Assembly: GCA_019120245.1 (NCBI GenBank)
Contig: DWVK01000055.1
Coordinates: 18,869 to 82,868, forward strand
Direction: 5' to 3'
Length of the DNA stretch: 64,000 nucleotides
From: Candidatus Mediterraneibacter caccogallinarum
GTDB lineage: Bacteria > Bacillota > Clostridia > Lachnospirales > Lachnospiraceae
Part shown: positions 37,390-47,566 of the stretch, piece by piece
How positions within the stretch are numbered: position 1 is the stretch's first letter
How the letters are laid out: each line of letters begins with the position of its first letter
Position numbers and translations under genes: made by a program
Notes under the pieces: generated by a model
Databases searched by the model: none
Seen by the model: only the letters and a program-made list of their open reading frames with translations
What the model was told of the DNA's origin: nothing

Positions 37390-39309
37390 ATGGAACAGAA
37401 GTTTTTGCCGGTCAGCAGGAAGGATATGGAAGAGCGGGGCTGGGATCAGGTGGATTTTGTCTATGTGACGGGAGATGCCTATGTGGACCACCCGTCGTTC
37501 GGGCACGCGATCATAAGCCGGGTCCTGGAAGCTAAGGGATACCGGGTGGGAATCATTTCCCAGCCCGACTGGAAAGATCCTGACAGTGTCAGCGTGTTCG
37601 GGGAGCCGAGACTGGCGTTTCTCGTCTCGTCAGGGAATATGGATTCCATGGTGAACCATTACTCTGTCTCGAAAAAGAGGAGGAAGACGGATGCCTACAC
37701 TCCCGGAGGCGTGATGGGGAGGCGTCCGGACCGCGCATGCGTTGTGTACGGAAACCTGATCCGCCGGACTTATAAGAAGACACCGGTCATCCTGGGAGGG
37801 ATCGAGGCCAGCTTAAGGCGTCTCGCCCATTATGATTACTGGTCGGACCAGGTCAAGCGGTCCGTTCTTCTGGATTCCGGGGCGGATCTCATCTCCTACG
37901 GGATGGGAGAGCGCTCCATTGTCGAGATCGCGGAGGCGCTGGAGGCGGGGATACCGGTGGAGGAGATCACTTATATTGACGGGACGGCAGTGAAGGTGAA
38001 GTCTCTTGAGGGCGTCTATGACGCGGAACTGCTGCCGTCATTTGAAGAGGTCAGACGGGATAAGAGAAAATATGCGGAGAGCTTCTACACTCAGTATCTG
38101 AATACAGACGCATTCAACGGGAAGCGGCTGGCGGAGCCTTATTCCGAACATCTGTATGTAGTCCAGAATCCTCCGGCAAAGCCTCTGAGCCAGATGGAGA
38201 TGGACGATATCTATGATCTGCCCTATATGCGGACATACCATCCGTCCTATGAGGAAGCGGGCGGCGTGCCGGCGATCTCTGAGATCCGGTTCAGCCTGAC
38301 CAGCAGCCGCGGCTGTTTCGGCGGATGCAGCTTCTGTGCACTGACCTTCCATCAGGGCAGGATTGTACAAGTGCGGAGCCATGAGTCTCTCTTAAAAGAG
38401 GCGGAGCAGATCACGCAGGAGAAAGATTTCAAGGGATATATCCACGACGTGGGCGGACCGACGGCAAACTTCCGCCATCCTTCCTGTAAAAAGCAGCTGA
38501 AATACGGAGTGTGCAGGAACAGGCAGTGTCTGTTCCCGCAGCCGTGCAGAAATCTGGATGCGGACCACAGTGATTATGTGAGCCTTTTAAAGAAACTCAG
38601 GGCAGTGCCGGGGGTAAAAAAAGTATTTATCCGCTCGGGTATCCGGTTTGATTATCTGCTTGCTGACAGGAAGCAGGAGTTCCTTCGGGAGCTGTGCGAG
38701 TACCATGTCAGCGGCCAGCTTAAGGTGGCGCCTGAGCATGTGAGCGCACCGGTGCTCTCCCTTATGGGAAAACCGGAGCACAGAGTGTATGAAGAGTTTA
38801 TCCGACGGTTCAGGAGGATGAACGAGAGACTGGGGAAAAAGCAGTATCTTGTCCCTTATCTGATGTCCTCCCATCCGGGATCCGGACTGAAGGAAGCGGT
38901 GGAACTGGCGGAGTACTGCCGGGATCTGGGGTATATGCCTGAACAGGTACAGGACTTCTATCCGACGCCGTCCACCCTCTCCACCTGTATGTATTATACC
39001 GGGCTCGATCCACGTACCATGCAGCCGGTCTATGTACCGAAAAATCCCCATGAGAAGGCGATGCAGCGAGCGCTGATCCAGTACAGGGATCCAAAGCTCT
39101 ATGATCTGGTGCTGGAAGCCCTTCGGAAGGCGGGACGGATGGACCTGGTCGGCTTTGGACCGAAGTGCCTGATCCGTCCGAGGGGCAGACATCAGCAGAC
39201 GGAGGCGCGCGGGAGCGGAAAAGGTAAGCCCGGGAAGAAGCCGGGGCACATGAACGCGCCCCGGCAGAAAAAGAAGAAAACAATACGGAATATTCATAAA
39301 AAGAAATGA
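37390..39309 (+). CDS. YgiQ (UPF0313) family radical SAM protein
   Basis: GDAYVDHPSFG, GNMDSMVNHY, CFGGCSFC, DVGGPTAN, QVQDFYPTP. Confidence 0.95.
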   Translation: MEQKFLPVSRKDMEERGWDQVDFVYVTGDAYVDHPSFGHAIISRVLEAKGYRVGIISQPDWKDPDSVSVFGEPRLAFLVSSGNMDSMVNHYSVSKKRRKTDAYTPGGVMGRRPDRACVVYGNLIRRTYKKTPVILGGIEASLRRLAHYDYWSDQVKRSVLLDSGADLISYGMGERSIVEIAEALEAGIPVEEITYIDGTAVKVKSLEGVYDAELLPSFEEVRRDKRKYAESFYTQYLNTDAFNGKRLAEPYSEHLYVVQNPPAKPLSQMEMDDIYDLPYMRTYHPSYEEAGGVPAISEIRFSLTSSRGCFGGCSFCALTFHQGRIVQVRSHESLLKEAEQITQEKDFKGYIHDVGGPTANFRHPSCKKQLKYGVCRNRQCLFPQPCRNLDADHSDYVSLLKKLRAVPGVKKVFIRSGIRFDYLLADRKQEFLRELCEYHVSGQLKVAPEHVSAPVLSLMGKPEHRVYEEFIRRFRRMNERLGKKQYLVPYLMSSHPGSGLKEAVELAEYCRDLGYMPEQVQDFYPTPSTLSTCMYYTGLDPRTMQPVYVPKNPHEKAMQRALIQYRDPKLYDLVLEALRKAGRMDLVGFGPKCLIRPRGRHQQTEARGSGKGKPGKKPGHMNAPRQKKKKTIRNIHKKK

Positions 39310-39319
39310 GGACGTGAGT

Positions 39320-40078
39320 ATGAAAATTGCAGTCGTGACAGGAGCTTCCTCGGGAATGGGACGGGAGTTTGTCCGTCAGATCAGTTCTTTCTACCGTTCT
39401 CTGGATGAAATCTGGGTGATCGCAAGACGCCGGGAACGCCTGGAAGAACTCAGAGGGGAGAGCAGGGTCCCGCTCCGCATCTTTGAAGGAAATCTGATAA
39501 AAAAGCAGGTGTACAGAGAACTCTCCTGTGCTCTTGAGGAGAGACAGCCTGATATCCGGATGCTTGTCAATGCCGCCGGATTCGGAAAATCCGGGAGCGT
39601 GGAGGCGATTGCTTCAGTGGACTTCCGTGCGCAGACGGACATGGTGGATCTGAACTGCCGTGCTCTGACCAGGATGACGCTGTTCTGTCTGCCCTATCTG
39701 GGACGGGGAAGCCGTATCATCAATCTGGCGTCTGCGGCGGCGTTCTGTCCGCAGCCGGGCTTTGCAGTGTACGCCGCCACAAAATCTTATGTGCTCAGCT
39801 TTTCGAGGGCTCTGGGAGCAGAGCTGCGGCGGAGAGGCATCTATGTGACAGCGGTCTGTCCGGGACCGGTAGATACAGAATTCTTCAATATCAGCGGTGC
39901 GCTCACGAATCCGCTGAAAAAGCTGACAATGGCGAAAGCAGAGGACGTGGTGCACAGGGCGCTGAAGGACAGCCGCGCGGGCCGGGAGATGTCTGTTTAT
40001 GGAATTGCCATGCGCGCGGCCTTTCTCGGGACCAGGCTGGTGCCACATGGATTGATCATGAAACTGATGAGGCCATGA
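39320..40078 (+). CDS. SDR family NAD(P)-dependent oxidoreductase
   Basis: TGASSGMG, NAAG, YAATK (YxxxK), CPGPVDT. Confidence 0.93.
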   Translation: MKIAVVTGASSGMGREFVRQISSFYRSLDEIWVIARRRERLEELRGESRVPLRIFEGNLIKKQVYRELSCALEERQPDIRMLVNAAGFGKSGSVEAIASVDFRAQTDMVDLNCRALTRMTLFCLPYLGRGSRIINLASAAAFCPQPGFAVYAATKSYVLSFSRALGAELRRRGIYVTAVCPGPVDTEFFNISGALTNPLKKLTMAKAEDVVHRALKDSRAGREMSVYGIAMRAAFLGTRLVPHGLIMKLMRP

Positions 40079-40136
40079 CATAAGGCGCATGGCCGTGAAG
40101 GCGAAGATATGAAAACCAACAGAGGATAAAGACAGG

Positions 40137-40715
40137 ATGAAAAAAATAGAAAAAGGGGTTCCAGGTTATCTGGATTATAAGAAGAAGATCGAGATCATAA
40201 GAACGGTCATTTATTTCGGGATTGTGGCCGCTATCTTTTTTCTCGGATATTTTCAGACGCATACGCGGCTGAATCTGCTGACAGTCATAGCAGTGCTTGG
40301 CTGCCTTCCGGCATCCAAAGCACTGGTCGGCGTGATCGCGAGGATGCCGTATAAGTCTGTTGACAGGGGGCTGGCGGCGGATGTTGCATCCAAGACTACG
40401 CATCTGACTGTCTGCTATGATATGGTGATCACGAGCACGGAGAAGATCATGCCCGTTGACTGCATCGTGATATCCGGACACAATGTATTCGGATATACAC
40501 ATTCGGAGAAAGTGGACACGGAGGAACTGTCAAAGCATATCAAGAAAATTCTTGAGGACAACCGTTTTACAGGGCTGACGGTGAAAGTGCTGAACAAGTA
40601 TAAGGCATTTATCGCCCGCGCTGAAGGACTTGATCATATCGCAGCGGTGGAGCGGGAGGATTCGAAGGAACGGGAAGAAGCCATCCGGGGCATTATTCTC
40701 AATATCTCACTATAG
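40137..40715 (+). CDS. Conserved hypothetical membrane protein
   Basis: Two N-terminal TM helices (NLLTVIAVLGCLPA) followed by a soluble domain. Confidence 0.75.
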   Translation: MKKIEKGVPGYLDYKKKIEIIRTVIYFGIVAAIFFLGYFQTHTRLNLLTVIAVLGCLPASKALVGVIARMPYKSVDRGLAADVASKTTHLTVCYDMVITSTEKIMPVDCIVISGHNVFGYTHSEKVDTEELSKHIKKILEDNRFTGLTVKVLNKYKAFIARAEGLDHIAAVEREDSKEREEAIRGIILNISL

Positions 40716-40730
40716 GACAGGGAGTTTTAC

Positions 40731-41714
40731 ATGAAAGAGATCAGGATCGGAGAAAATGAGTCAGGACAGCGCCTGGACAAATTTCTCCTGAAATATATGA
40801 GCCGTGCACCGAAGAGTTTTATCTATAAGATGCTCCGGAAGAAAAATATCACGCTGAACGGGAAGAAAGCACAGGGAAATGAGCAGCTCAGGCAGGGAGA
40901 TGCGGTCAAGCTCTTCCTCTCTGACGATACGATAGGAAAGTTTTCGGAAACCCGCACCGCAGGGTACGCGGAGACAGAACTGGACATATTATATGAGGAT
41001 AAGCATACAATCTTTATAAACAAGCCGGCAGGAATGCTCTCCCAGAAGGCGGCTGCGGAGGACGTGTCGCTTGTGGAGCATCTGATCGCCTACCTTCTGA
41101 AGACCGGTCAGATCAGTGAGGAGGCGCTTGCCACTTTCCGGCCGTCCGTGTGCAACCGGCTGGACCGGAATACCAGCGGTATCGTGGCTGCGGGAAAGTC
41201 ACTGGCAGCTCTGCAGCAGCTGAGCGCCATGTTCCGTGAGAGGAGCCTGAAGAAGTACTACCTCTGCCTCGTGCACGGAAGAGTGACTGAGGCGCGCAGG
41301 ATCAGCGGCTTCCTTTCAAAGGATGAACGGACAAACCGTGTCCGGGTGCAGAGAGCAGGTGAGAGAAGATCTCCGCAGAAAGAGGAAGCCCGCATCGAGA
41401 CAGAATACCGTCCACTCCGGAGCGGAGACGGCGTCACTCTGCTGGAAGTCCATCTGATCACCGGAAAGACCCACCAGATCCGTGCTCATCTTGCAGCGGA
41501 AGGGCATCCGATCATCGGGGACTACAAGTACGGAATGCGGAGCGTCAACGACAGCTTTAAGAGGGAGTACGGACTTTCTACCCAGCTTCTTCACTCCTGC
41601 CGGCTTTGTTTTCCTGAATGCACCGGCGCCCTTTCAGAACTTTCGGGCAGGGAGATCACAGCCCCGGTCCCGGATCTGTTCCGCAGAATCTGCAGGGAGA
41701 AGGGAGTGATGTGA
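40731..41714 (+). CDS. RluA/RluC family pseudouridine synthase
   Basis: S4 domain QRLDKFL, NKPAG, NRLDRNTSG, TGKTHQIRAH, GDYKYG. Confidence 0.95.
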   Translation: MKEIRIGENESGQRLDKFLLKYMSRAPKSFIYKMLRKKNITLNGKKAQGNEQLRQGDAVKLFLSDDTIGKFSETRTAGYAETELDILYEDKHTIFINKPAGMLSQKAAAEDVSLVEHLIAYLLKTGQISEEALATFRPSVCNRLDRNTSGIVAAGKSLAALQQLSAMFRERSLKKYYLCLVHGRVTEARRISGFLSKDERTNRVRVQRAGERRSPQKEEARIETEYRPLRSGDGVTLLEVHLITGKTHQIRAHLAAEGHPIIGDYKYGMRSVNDSFKREYGLSTQLLHSCRLCFPECTGALSELSGREITAPVPDLFRRICREKGVM

Positions 41715-41715
41715 G

Positions 41716-42249
41716 ATGGCGACATGGAATTCAAGAGGACTCAGAGGTTCCACTCTGGAGGAGCTGGTCAACCGTACCAACGAGCGGTACGATGAGATGG
41801 GGCTGGCACTGATCCAGAAGATCCCTACGCCGATCACACCGGTCAGGATCGACAAGGAGCACCGGCATATCACGCTTGCCTATTTCGATAAGATCAGTAC
41901 GGTGGATTATATCGGCGCAGTGCAGGGCATTCCGGTCTGCTTTGATGCCAAAGAGTGCAGCGCGGACACTTTCCCTCTGCAGAACGTTCATGAGCATCAG
42001 ATGGAGTTCATGGATAAGTTCGAGAAGCAGGGGGGAATTTCTTTTCTGCTGATCTATTACAGTACGAGAGACGAGCTTTATTATATGAGATACGAACAGA
42101 TCAGAAAATTCTGGGACAGGGCGGCGCAGGGCGGCAGAAAGAGTTTCCGCCTGGAAGAACTGGAGCCGGGCTGGTTCATGGAGCTGAAGAACGGCTGCTT
42201 TGTCCCTTATCTGGACTACATTCAGAAGGATTTGGACTGCAGGGATTGA
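41716..42249 (+). CDS. recU: Holliday junction resolvase RecU
   Basis: RGSTLE, IQKIPTP, STVDYIG, FDAKE, HEHQ. Confidence 0.93.
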   Translation: MATWNSRGLRGSTLEELVNRTNERYDEMGLALIQKIPTPITPVRIDKEHRHITLAYFDKISTVDYIGAVQGIPVCFDAKECSADTFPLQNVHEHQMEFMDKFEKQGGISFLLIYYSTRDELYYMRYEQIRKFWDRAAQGGRKSFRLEELEPGWFMELKNGCFVPYLDYIQKDLDCRD

Positions 42250-42274
42250 CAGAGCGGAGGAAAGTTCGTATAAT
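42246..42274 (+). promoter_or_regulatory. Consensus sigma-A promoter of the his operon
   Basis: Perfect TTGACA-17-TATAAT overlapping the recU stop codon. Confidence 0.85.
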
Positions 42275-42323
42275 GACAAAAGGTTTTAGCGTGTTAGCAC
42301 GATAAAGTGAAAGGGGACTGCAA

Positions 42324-43574
42324 ATGGAACAGAAAATGCACACTCCGGAGGGAGTCCGGGATATTTACAATAGAGAATGTGAGACAAAACTTGCCATCCA
42401 GAAGAAGCTGAGTACTGTGCTGCATCTGTACGGCTATCAGGATATACAGACACCGACGTTTGAATATGATGACGTGTTCCGCAAGGAGATCGGCTCTACG
42501 TCCACAAAAGAACTCTACCGTTTCTTTGACCGGGAGGGCAATATTCTTACGCTCCGCCCGGATATTACACCTTCCGTGGCGAGAGCGGCGGCAACGCTTT
42601 TTGAGACAGAGGATTTTCCGATCCGTCTCTGTTATGCGGGTAATACATTTACCAACCATACGAGCTATCAGGGGAGACTGAAAGAGAATACTCAGCTTGG
42701 CGCTGAGCTGATCGGGCTGGATTCTATTGAGGCGGATGCCGAGATGCTTGCCATGGTGGTGGACGGTCTGAAAAGGACAGGACTGAAGGAGTTCCAGGTC
42801 AATATCGGCCATGTGGACTTTATCCAGAGCCTCCTCGAGGCAACCGGGCTTGAGGACGACGAGATGGACGAGATCCGCACGCTGATCAATAACCGGAATT
42901 ATTTCGGCGTAGAAGAGATCCTGGACAACCGTTCGGTAAAAGAGAGCGTGAAGGAAGCCTTCCACATCCTTCCCGAGCTGATGGGGGGACCGGAAATCCT
43001 GGAGAGTGCTGCGAGGATCGCCCCCAGTGCGGAGGCCAGACTTGCAGTCACAAGGCTGCAGCAGATCTATAAGCTCCTGAGGCTGTACAAGGCAGAGGAT
43101 CATGTCACCTTTGATCTGAGCATGAGCGGAAGCTACGGATATTATACCGGGATCATTTTCCGCGCGTATACATACGGGACCGGGGACGCTGTGGTCAGGG
43201 GCGGACGGTATGACCATCTTCTGGAAAAATTCGGGAAGAGCACTCCGTCCATCGGATTCGCCATTATCATTGACGAGCTGATGAGCGCACTGAACCGACA
43301 GAAGATCAGTGTGCAGACGGCGAAGAGGAATCTCCTTGTGTACACGGAGGCAACGGAAAAATGGGCAGTCTCTCTGGCGCGAAGCTTCCGCGCCAAAGGG
43401 AAGAATATCGAGATGCTCAAACGGGAGCCGGAAGAGGAACGAGAAGTCTATGAGGCGTACGGAAAGCGTTCGTCCATTGCGGGCATACTGTATCTGAGGG
43501 ATGACTTTAAAATAGAAATGGTGAATCTGCGGACCGGTGAGGAAAAGACAGTAGATGCCAGAAAGCACAGATAA
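42324..43574 (+). CDS. hisZ: ATP phosphoribosyltransferase regulatory subunit
   Basis: HisRS-like: TPEGVRD, LRPDITP, YYTGIIF, GGRYD; precedes a short-form hisG. Confidence 0.95.
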   Translation: MEQKMHTPEGVRDIYNRECETKLAIQKKLSTVLHLYGYQDIQTPTFEYDDVFRKEIGSTSTKELYRFFDREGNILTLRPDITPSVARAAATLFETEDFPIRLCYAGNTFTNHTSYQGRLKENTQLGAELIGLDSIEADAEMLAMVVDGLKRTGLKEFQVNIGHVDFIQSLLEATGLEDDEMDEIRTLINNRNYFGVEEILDNRSVKESVKEAFHILPELMGGPEILESAARIAPSAEARLAVTRLQQIYKLLRLYKAEDHVTFDLSMSGSYGYYTGIIFRAYTYGTGDAVVRGGRYDHLLEKFGKSTPSIGFAIIIDELMSALNRQKISVQTAKRNLLVYTEATEKWAVSLARSFRAKGKNIEMLKREPEEEREVYEAYGKRSSIAGILYLRDDFKIEMVNLRTGEEKTVDARKHR

Positions 43575-43587
43575 AGGAGCAGGACTT

Positions 43588-44232
43588 ATGAGATATTTGA
43601 CATTTGCCCTCACAAAGGGGCGCCTTGCGAACAAGACCCTGGAGATGCTTGAAAAGCTGGGGATCACCTGCGAGGAGATGAAAGATAAGAATTCAAGAAA
43701 ACTGATCTTTGTCAACGAAGAACTGAAGCTGAAGTTCTTCCTTGCAAAGGGACCGGATGTGCCTACCTATGTGGAGTACGGCGCTGCGGATATCGGCGTT
43801 GTCGGTAAAGATACGATCATAGAGGAAGGCAGAAAAGTGCATGAAGTGCTGGATCTTGGATTTGGAAAATGCAGGATGTGCGTCTGCGGATATGCGGAGG
43901 CGGCGGAACTCCTGAAGCACCATGAGCTGATCCGTGTGGCGACGAAGTACCCGAATATCGCGAAAGACTATTTTTATAATAAAAAGCATCAGACTGTTGA
44001 GATCATCAAAATGCACGGTTCGATCGAACTTGCGCCGATCGTGGGGCTTTCAGAGGTTATCGTCGATATTGTGGAGACCGGCTCCACACTGAAGGAGAAC
44101 GGTCTTGTCGTCCTTGAGGAAGTATGTCCGCTCTCTGCCCGCATGATCGTAAATCCGGTCAGCATGAGGATGGAGAACGACAGGATCAAGGAACTGATCA
44201 ACAATCTGAGAAGCCTGCTTAGGGAGGAATAG
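43588..44232 (+). CDS. hisG: ATP phosphoribosyltransferase, short form
   Basis: ALTKGRL, DVPTYVEYGAADIG, VATKYP, DIVETGSTL. Confidence 0.97.
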   Translation: MRYLTFALTKGRLANKTLEMLEKLGITCEEMKDKNSRKLIFVNEELKLKFFLAKGPDVPTYVEYGAADIGVVGKDTIIEEGRKVHEVLDLGFGKCRMCVCGYAEAAELLKHHELIRVATKYPNIAKDYFYNKKHQTVEIIKMHGSIELAPIVGLSEVIVDIVETGSTLKENGLVVLEEVCPLSARMIVNPVSMRMENDRIKELINNLRSLLREE

Positions 44233-44235
44233 AAA

Positions 44236-45534
44236 ATGCGTATTGAGAAACTTGACGAAAGCACAAAGAAGAATCTGCTGGAGGATCTGCTGAAACGCAG
44301 TCCCAACAGTTACGGAAAATATGAACAGAGCGTCAAAGAGATCCTTGACGATGTCAGAGAGAAAAAGGACCAGGCGCTGTTCGACTATACAGAGAAGTTT
44401 GACGGAGTCCGGCTGGATGGCTCCAGTATCCAGGTGACAGAGGAGGAGATCAGGGAAGCGTACGGGGAAGTTGGAGAGGAGCTTCTGGGGATCATCCGCC
44501 GCGCGCTTGAGAATATCCGGTCGTATCACGCCAAACAGATGCAGTACAGCTGGTTCGACAGCAGACCGGACGGCACGATCCTGGGCCAGAAGGTGACGGC
44601 ACTCCAGCGGGTGGGCGTTTATGTGCCGGGCGGAAAGGCTGCCTATCCTTCCTCCGTGCTGATGAATATCATGCCCGCCAAGGTTGCCGGCGTGGACGAA
44701 ATCATTATGGTCACACCGCCGGGGAGAGACGGGAAAGTAACGCCGACCACCCTGGTCGCGGCAAAGGAAGCCGGCGCGGACCGGATCTACAAGGTTGGCG
44801 GCGCGCAGGCGATCGGCGCCCTTGCGTACGGAACGGAAAGCATACCGAAGGTGGACAAGATCGTAGGACCCGGAAATATTTATGTGGCACTGGCGAAAAA
44901 GGCAGTGTACGGACATGTGAGCATTGACTCCATCGCAGGCCCCAGTGAGATCCTAGTCCTTGCGGATGAGACTGCAAATCCAAGGTATGTGGCTGCTGAC
45001 CTGCTGTCCCAGGCGGAGCACGACGAACTTGCGAGCGCGATCCTTGTCACGACTAGCATGGAACTGGCGGAGAAGGTTTCCGCGCAGACTGAGGTGTTTA
45101 TCAAAGAGCTTTCCAGAGGAGAGATCATCCGGAAGTCTCTGGACAACTATGGACATATCCTTGTTGCAGACACGCTGGCGGATGCTATCGACGCTGTAAA
45201 TGAGATCGCGTCGGAACATATGGAGATCATGACAGCGAATCCTTTTGAGGTAATGACAAAGATCCGAAATGCCGGGGCAATCTTCATCGGTGAATATTCC
45301 AGTGAGCCGCTGGGAGATTATTTCGCAGGACCTAACCATGTCCTGCCGACAAACGGAACCGCAAAGTTCTTCTCACCGCTGTCAGTGGATGACTTCATCA
45401 AGAAGTCCAGTATCATTTCCTATTCAAGGGACGCGCTGGAGAAGATCCATACAGACATTGAGAAGTTCGCTGAGGCGGAGCACCTGACAGCTCATGCAAA
45501 TTCGATCAAAGTCCGTTTTGACGGGAAAGAATAA
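44236..45534 (+). CDS. hisD: Histidinol dehydrogenase
   Basis: VYVPGG, GGAQAI, GPGN, AGPSE, SQAEH, GDYFAGPNHVLPT. Confidence 0.98.
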   Translation: MRIEKLDESTKKNLLEDLLKRSPNSYGKYEQSVKEILDDVREKKDQALFDYTEKFDGVRLDGSSIQVTEEEIREAYGEVGEELLGIIRRALENIRSYHAKQMQYSWFDSRPDGTILGQKVTALQRVGVYVPGGKAAYPSSVLMNIMPAKVAGVDEIIMVTPPGRDGKVTPTTLVAAKEAGADRIYKVGGAQAIGALAYGTESIPKVDKIVGPGNIYVALAKKAVYGHVSIDSIAGPSEILVLADETANPRYVAADLLSQAEHDELASAILVTTSMELAEKVSAQTEVFIKELSRGEIIRKSLDNYGHILVADTLADAIDAVNEIASEHMEIMTANPFEVMTKIRNAGAIFIGEYSSEPLGDYFAGPNHVLPTNGTAKFFSPLSVDDFIKKSSIISYSRDALEKIHTDIEKFAEAEHLTAHANSIKVRFDGKE

Positions 45535-45650
45535 GCCGACGGTCAATAAGATAAACCGCCGGATCGCGCCTGATCCGGAAAGAGAAACGGCATTCCGGAA
45601 AAGGACGGCGTTTTCAGAAAAAATAATACTACAGAGCGGAGGAGCGCTAG

Positions 45651-46241
45651 ATGAGAGCACGCATCGGAAAATGTACAAGAAAAACAAAAGAGACAGAGAT
45701 CGATCTCGCGATCAGGCTGGACGGACAGGGGAAGAACAGGATCGATACCGGAATCCCTTTTTTCGACCATATGCTGGACGGCTTTGCCCGTCACGGCCTG
45801 TTTGACCTGGAAGTAAGTGTTAAGGGAGATCTGGAGGTGGACTGCCATCACACGATCGAGGATACCGGGATCGTGCTGGGCACGGCGATCGCAGAGGCGC
45901 TCGGAGACAAGACGGGAATCCGAAGATACGGATATTTTATTCTGCCCATGGATGAAACCCTTGCCCTGAGTGCAGTGGATCTCTCGGGAAGGCCTTACCT
46001 GAATTTCCAGGCAGAATTTACCGTGCCGAGTCTGGGAGGGATGGATACGGAGATGGTACGGGAATTTTTCTATGCAGTGTCCTACAGCGCGTCCATGAAC
46101 CTGCATCTCAAGATCCTGGATGGCGGCAATAACCACCATATGGCGGAAGCGATGTTCAAGGCGTTCGGCAAGGCGCTTGATATGGCGGTGTCGGCGGAGC
46201 CGAGGATCAAGGGAGTATGGTCTACAAAAGGCAGTTTATAA
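45651..46241 (+). CDS. hisB: Imidazoleglycerol-phosphate dehydratase
   Basis: RKTKET, FFDHML, DCHHTIED, PMDE, NNHHMAE, STKGSL. Confidence 0.97.
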   Translation: MRARIGKCTRKTKETEIDLAIRLDGQGKNRIDTGIPFFDHMLDGFARHGLFDLEVSVKGDLEVDCHHTIEDTGIVLGTAIAEALGDKTGIRRYGYFILPMDETLALSAVDLSGRPYLNFQAEFTVPSLGGMDTEMVREFFYAVSYSASMNLHLKILDGGNNHHMAEAMFKAFGKALDMAVSAEPRIKGVWSTKGSL

Positions 46242-46256
46242 AGGAGAAGGTACTAC

Positions 46257-47540
46257 ATGAGTTATAAAAGATTAACCCCCTGTATCTTTATCAGGGGAGG
46301 AAAAGCAGTAAAATGGTTCGACGACAGGACTGTGGTCTCGGATGATGTGATCGAGCTGGCGAAACAGTACAGTGAGAAGGGAGCGGACGAACTGATTGTT
46401 TTTGACCTTTCTGATTCCGACGAAGAGCACGATGAGTCGATCGACCTGATCAAGAAAATACACCGTGTCATCAGTATCCCGATGATCGCAGGGGGAAATA
46501 TACGAAGGACAGAGGATGTGAAAAAGATCCTCTATGCAGGCGCAAAGCGGGCAGTACTGAACTTCTCAAAGCGGCTGTCCATCGATCTGATCGAGGAAGT
46601 GGCGAAGCGGTTCGGAAAAGAGCGCATCGCAGTGTCCCTCAATGATTTTGACACTCTGTTCAAGCAGCAGCATCTGATCGAGGAATACAGCACGGAGATC
46701 GTGTTCATGCACCGCCTGGACCTGAACTCTGTCATGAACATGACAAAGCTTCCTTGCGTTGTCCTCACAGATACAATGAAGGAGAGCGAGATACTCCGGA
46801 TCCTGAAATGTGACGGCGTGAAAGGCGTATCCGGAATGTTCGTGAGCCGGACTGATATGGACTTCAATGCGTTCAAGGATGTCTGCATGGAGAATGGAAT
46901 CCAGATGACTTCTTTTGAGAGCCTGATGGATTTCAGTGAATTCAAGCTGAATTCTGACGGGCTGATCCCGGTCATCGTGCAGGACTACAAGACAAACGAA
47001 GTGCTGATGATGGCCTACATGAACGAGGAGGCGTTTGACCATACGGTCAAGACAGGACGGATGACATATTACAGCCGGAGCCGTCAGTGCCAGTGGGTGA
47101 AAGGCGAGACTTCCGGACATTTCCAGTATGTAAAATCCATTGCCGCGGACTGTGACAAGGATACACTCCTTGCCAAAGTAGAGCAGGTAGGCGCGGCGTG
47201 CCATACAGGAAATCGTTCCTGCTTCTATACAACGATCGTGGGCTCGGATTATGACAGCAAGAATCCGCTTCAGGTATTCGATGAGGTCTACGATACGATC
47301 GTTGACCGCAGAGAGCATCCGAAGGAAGGCTCCTATACAAACTATCTGTTCGAGAAGGGAATCGACAAGATCCTGAAAAAGGTAGGAGAAGAGGCGACAG
47401 AGATCGTGATCGCAGCAAAGAACCCGAATCCGGAGGAAGTAAAATATGAGATCTGTGACTTCCTCTACCATGCGATGGTGCTCATGGTGGAACGGGGCGT
47501 GACCTGGGAAGACATCACGAAGGAGCTGGCGGACCGCTAG
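46257..47540 (+). CDS. hisIE: Bifunctional HisI/HisE with an N-terminal degenerate HisF-like domain
   Basis: N-terminus aligns with HisF ([22 protein letters not shown]); HisI motifs KGETSG, DCDKD, ACHTG; HisE motifs YTNYL, KKVGEE, DFLYH. Confidence 0.92.
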   Translation: MSYKRLTPCIFIRGGKAVKWFDDRTVVSDDVIELAKQYSEKGADELIVFDLSDSDEEHDESIDLIKKIHRVISIPMIAGGNIRRTEDVKKILYAGAKRAVLNFSKRLSIDLIEEVAKRFGKERIAVSLNDFDTLFKQQHLIEEYSTEIVFMHRLDLNSVMNMTKLPCVVLTDTMKESEILRILKCDGVKGVSGMFVSRTDMDFNAFKDVCMENGIQMTSFESLMDFSEFKLNSDGLIPVIVQDYKTNEVLMMAYMNEEAFDHTVKTGRMTYYSRSRQCQWVKGETSGHFQYVKSIAADCDKDTLLAKVEQVGAACHTGNRSCFYTTIVGSDYDSKNPLQVFDEVYDTIVDRREHPKEGSYTNYLFEKGIDKILKKVGEEATEIVIAAKNPNPEEVKYEICDFLYHAMVLMVERGVTWEDITKELADR

Positions 47541-47566
47541 TATCCTGAGAAGCTGACGGAATACGG

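Noticed and set aside
42275-42323. T-box or histidine attenuator before hisZ
   Set aside because: Only about 45 nt of leader; no T-box motif or His-codon run
42294-43715. 473-aa minus-strand ORF
   Set aside because: Shadow of hisZ
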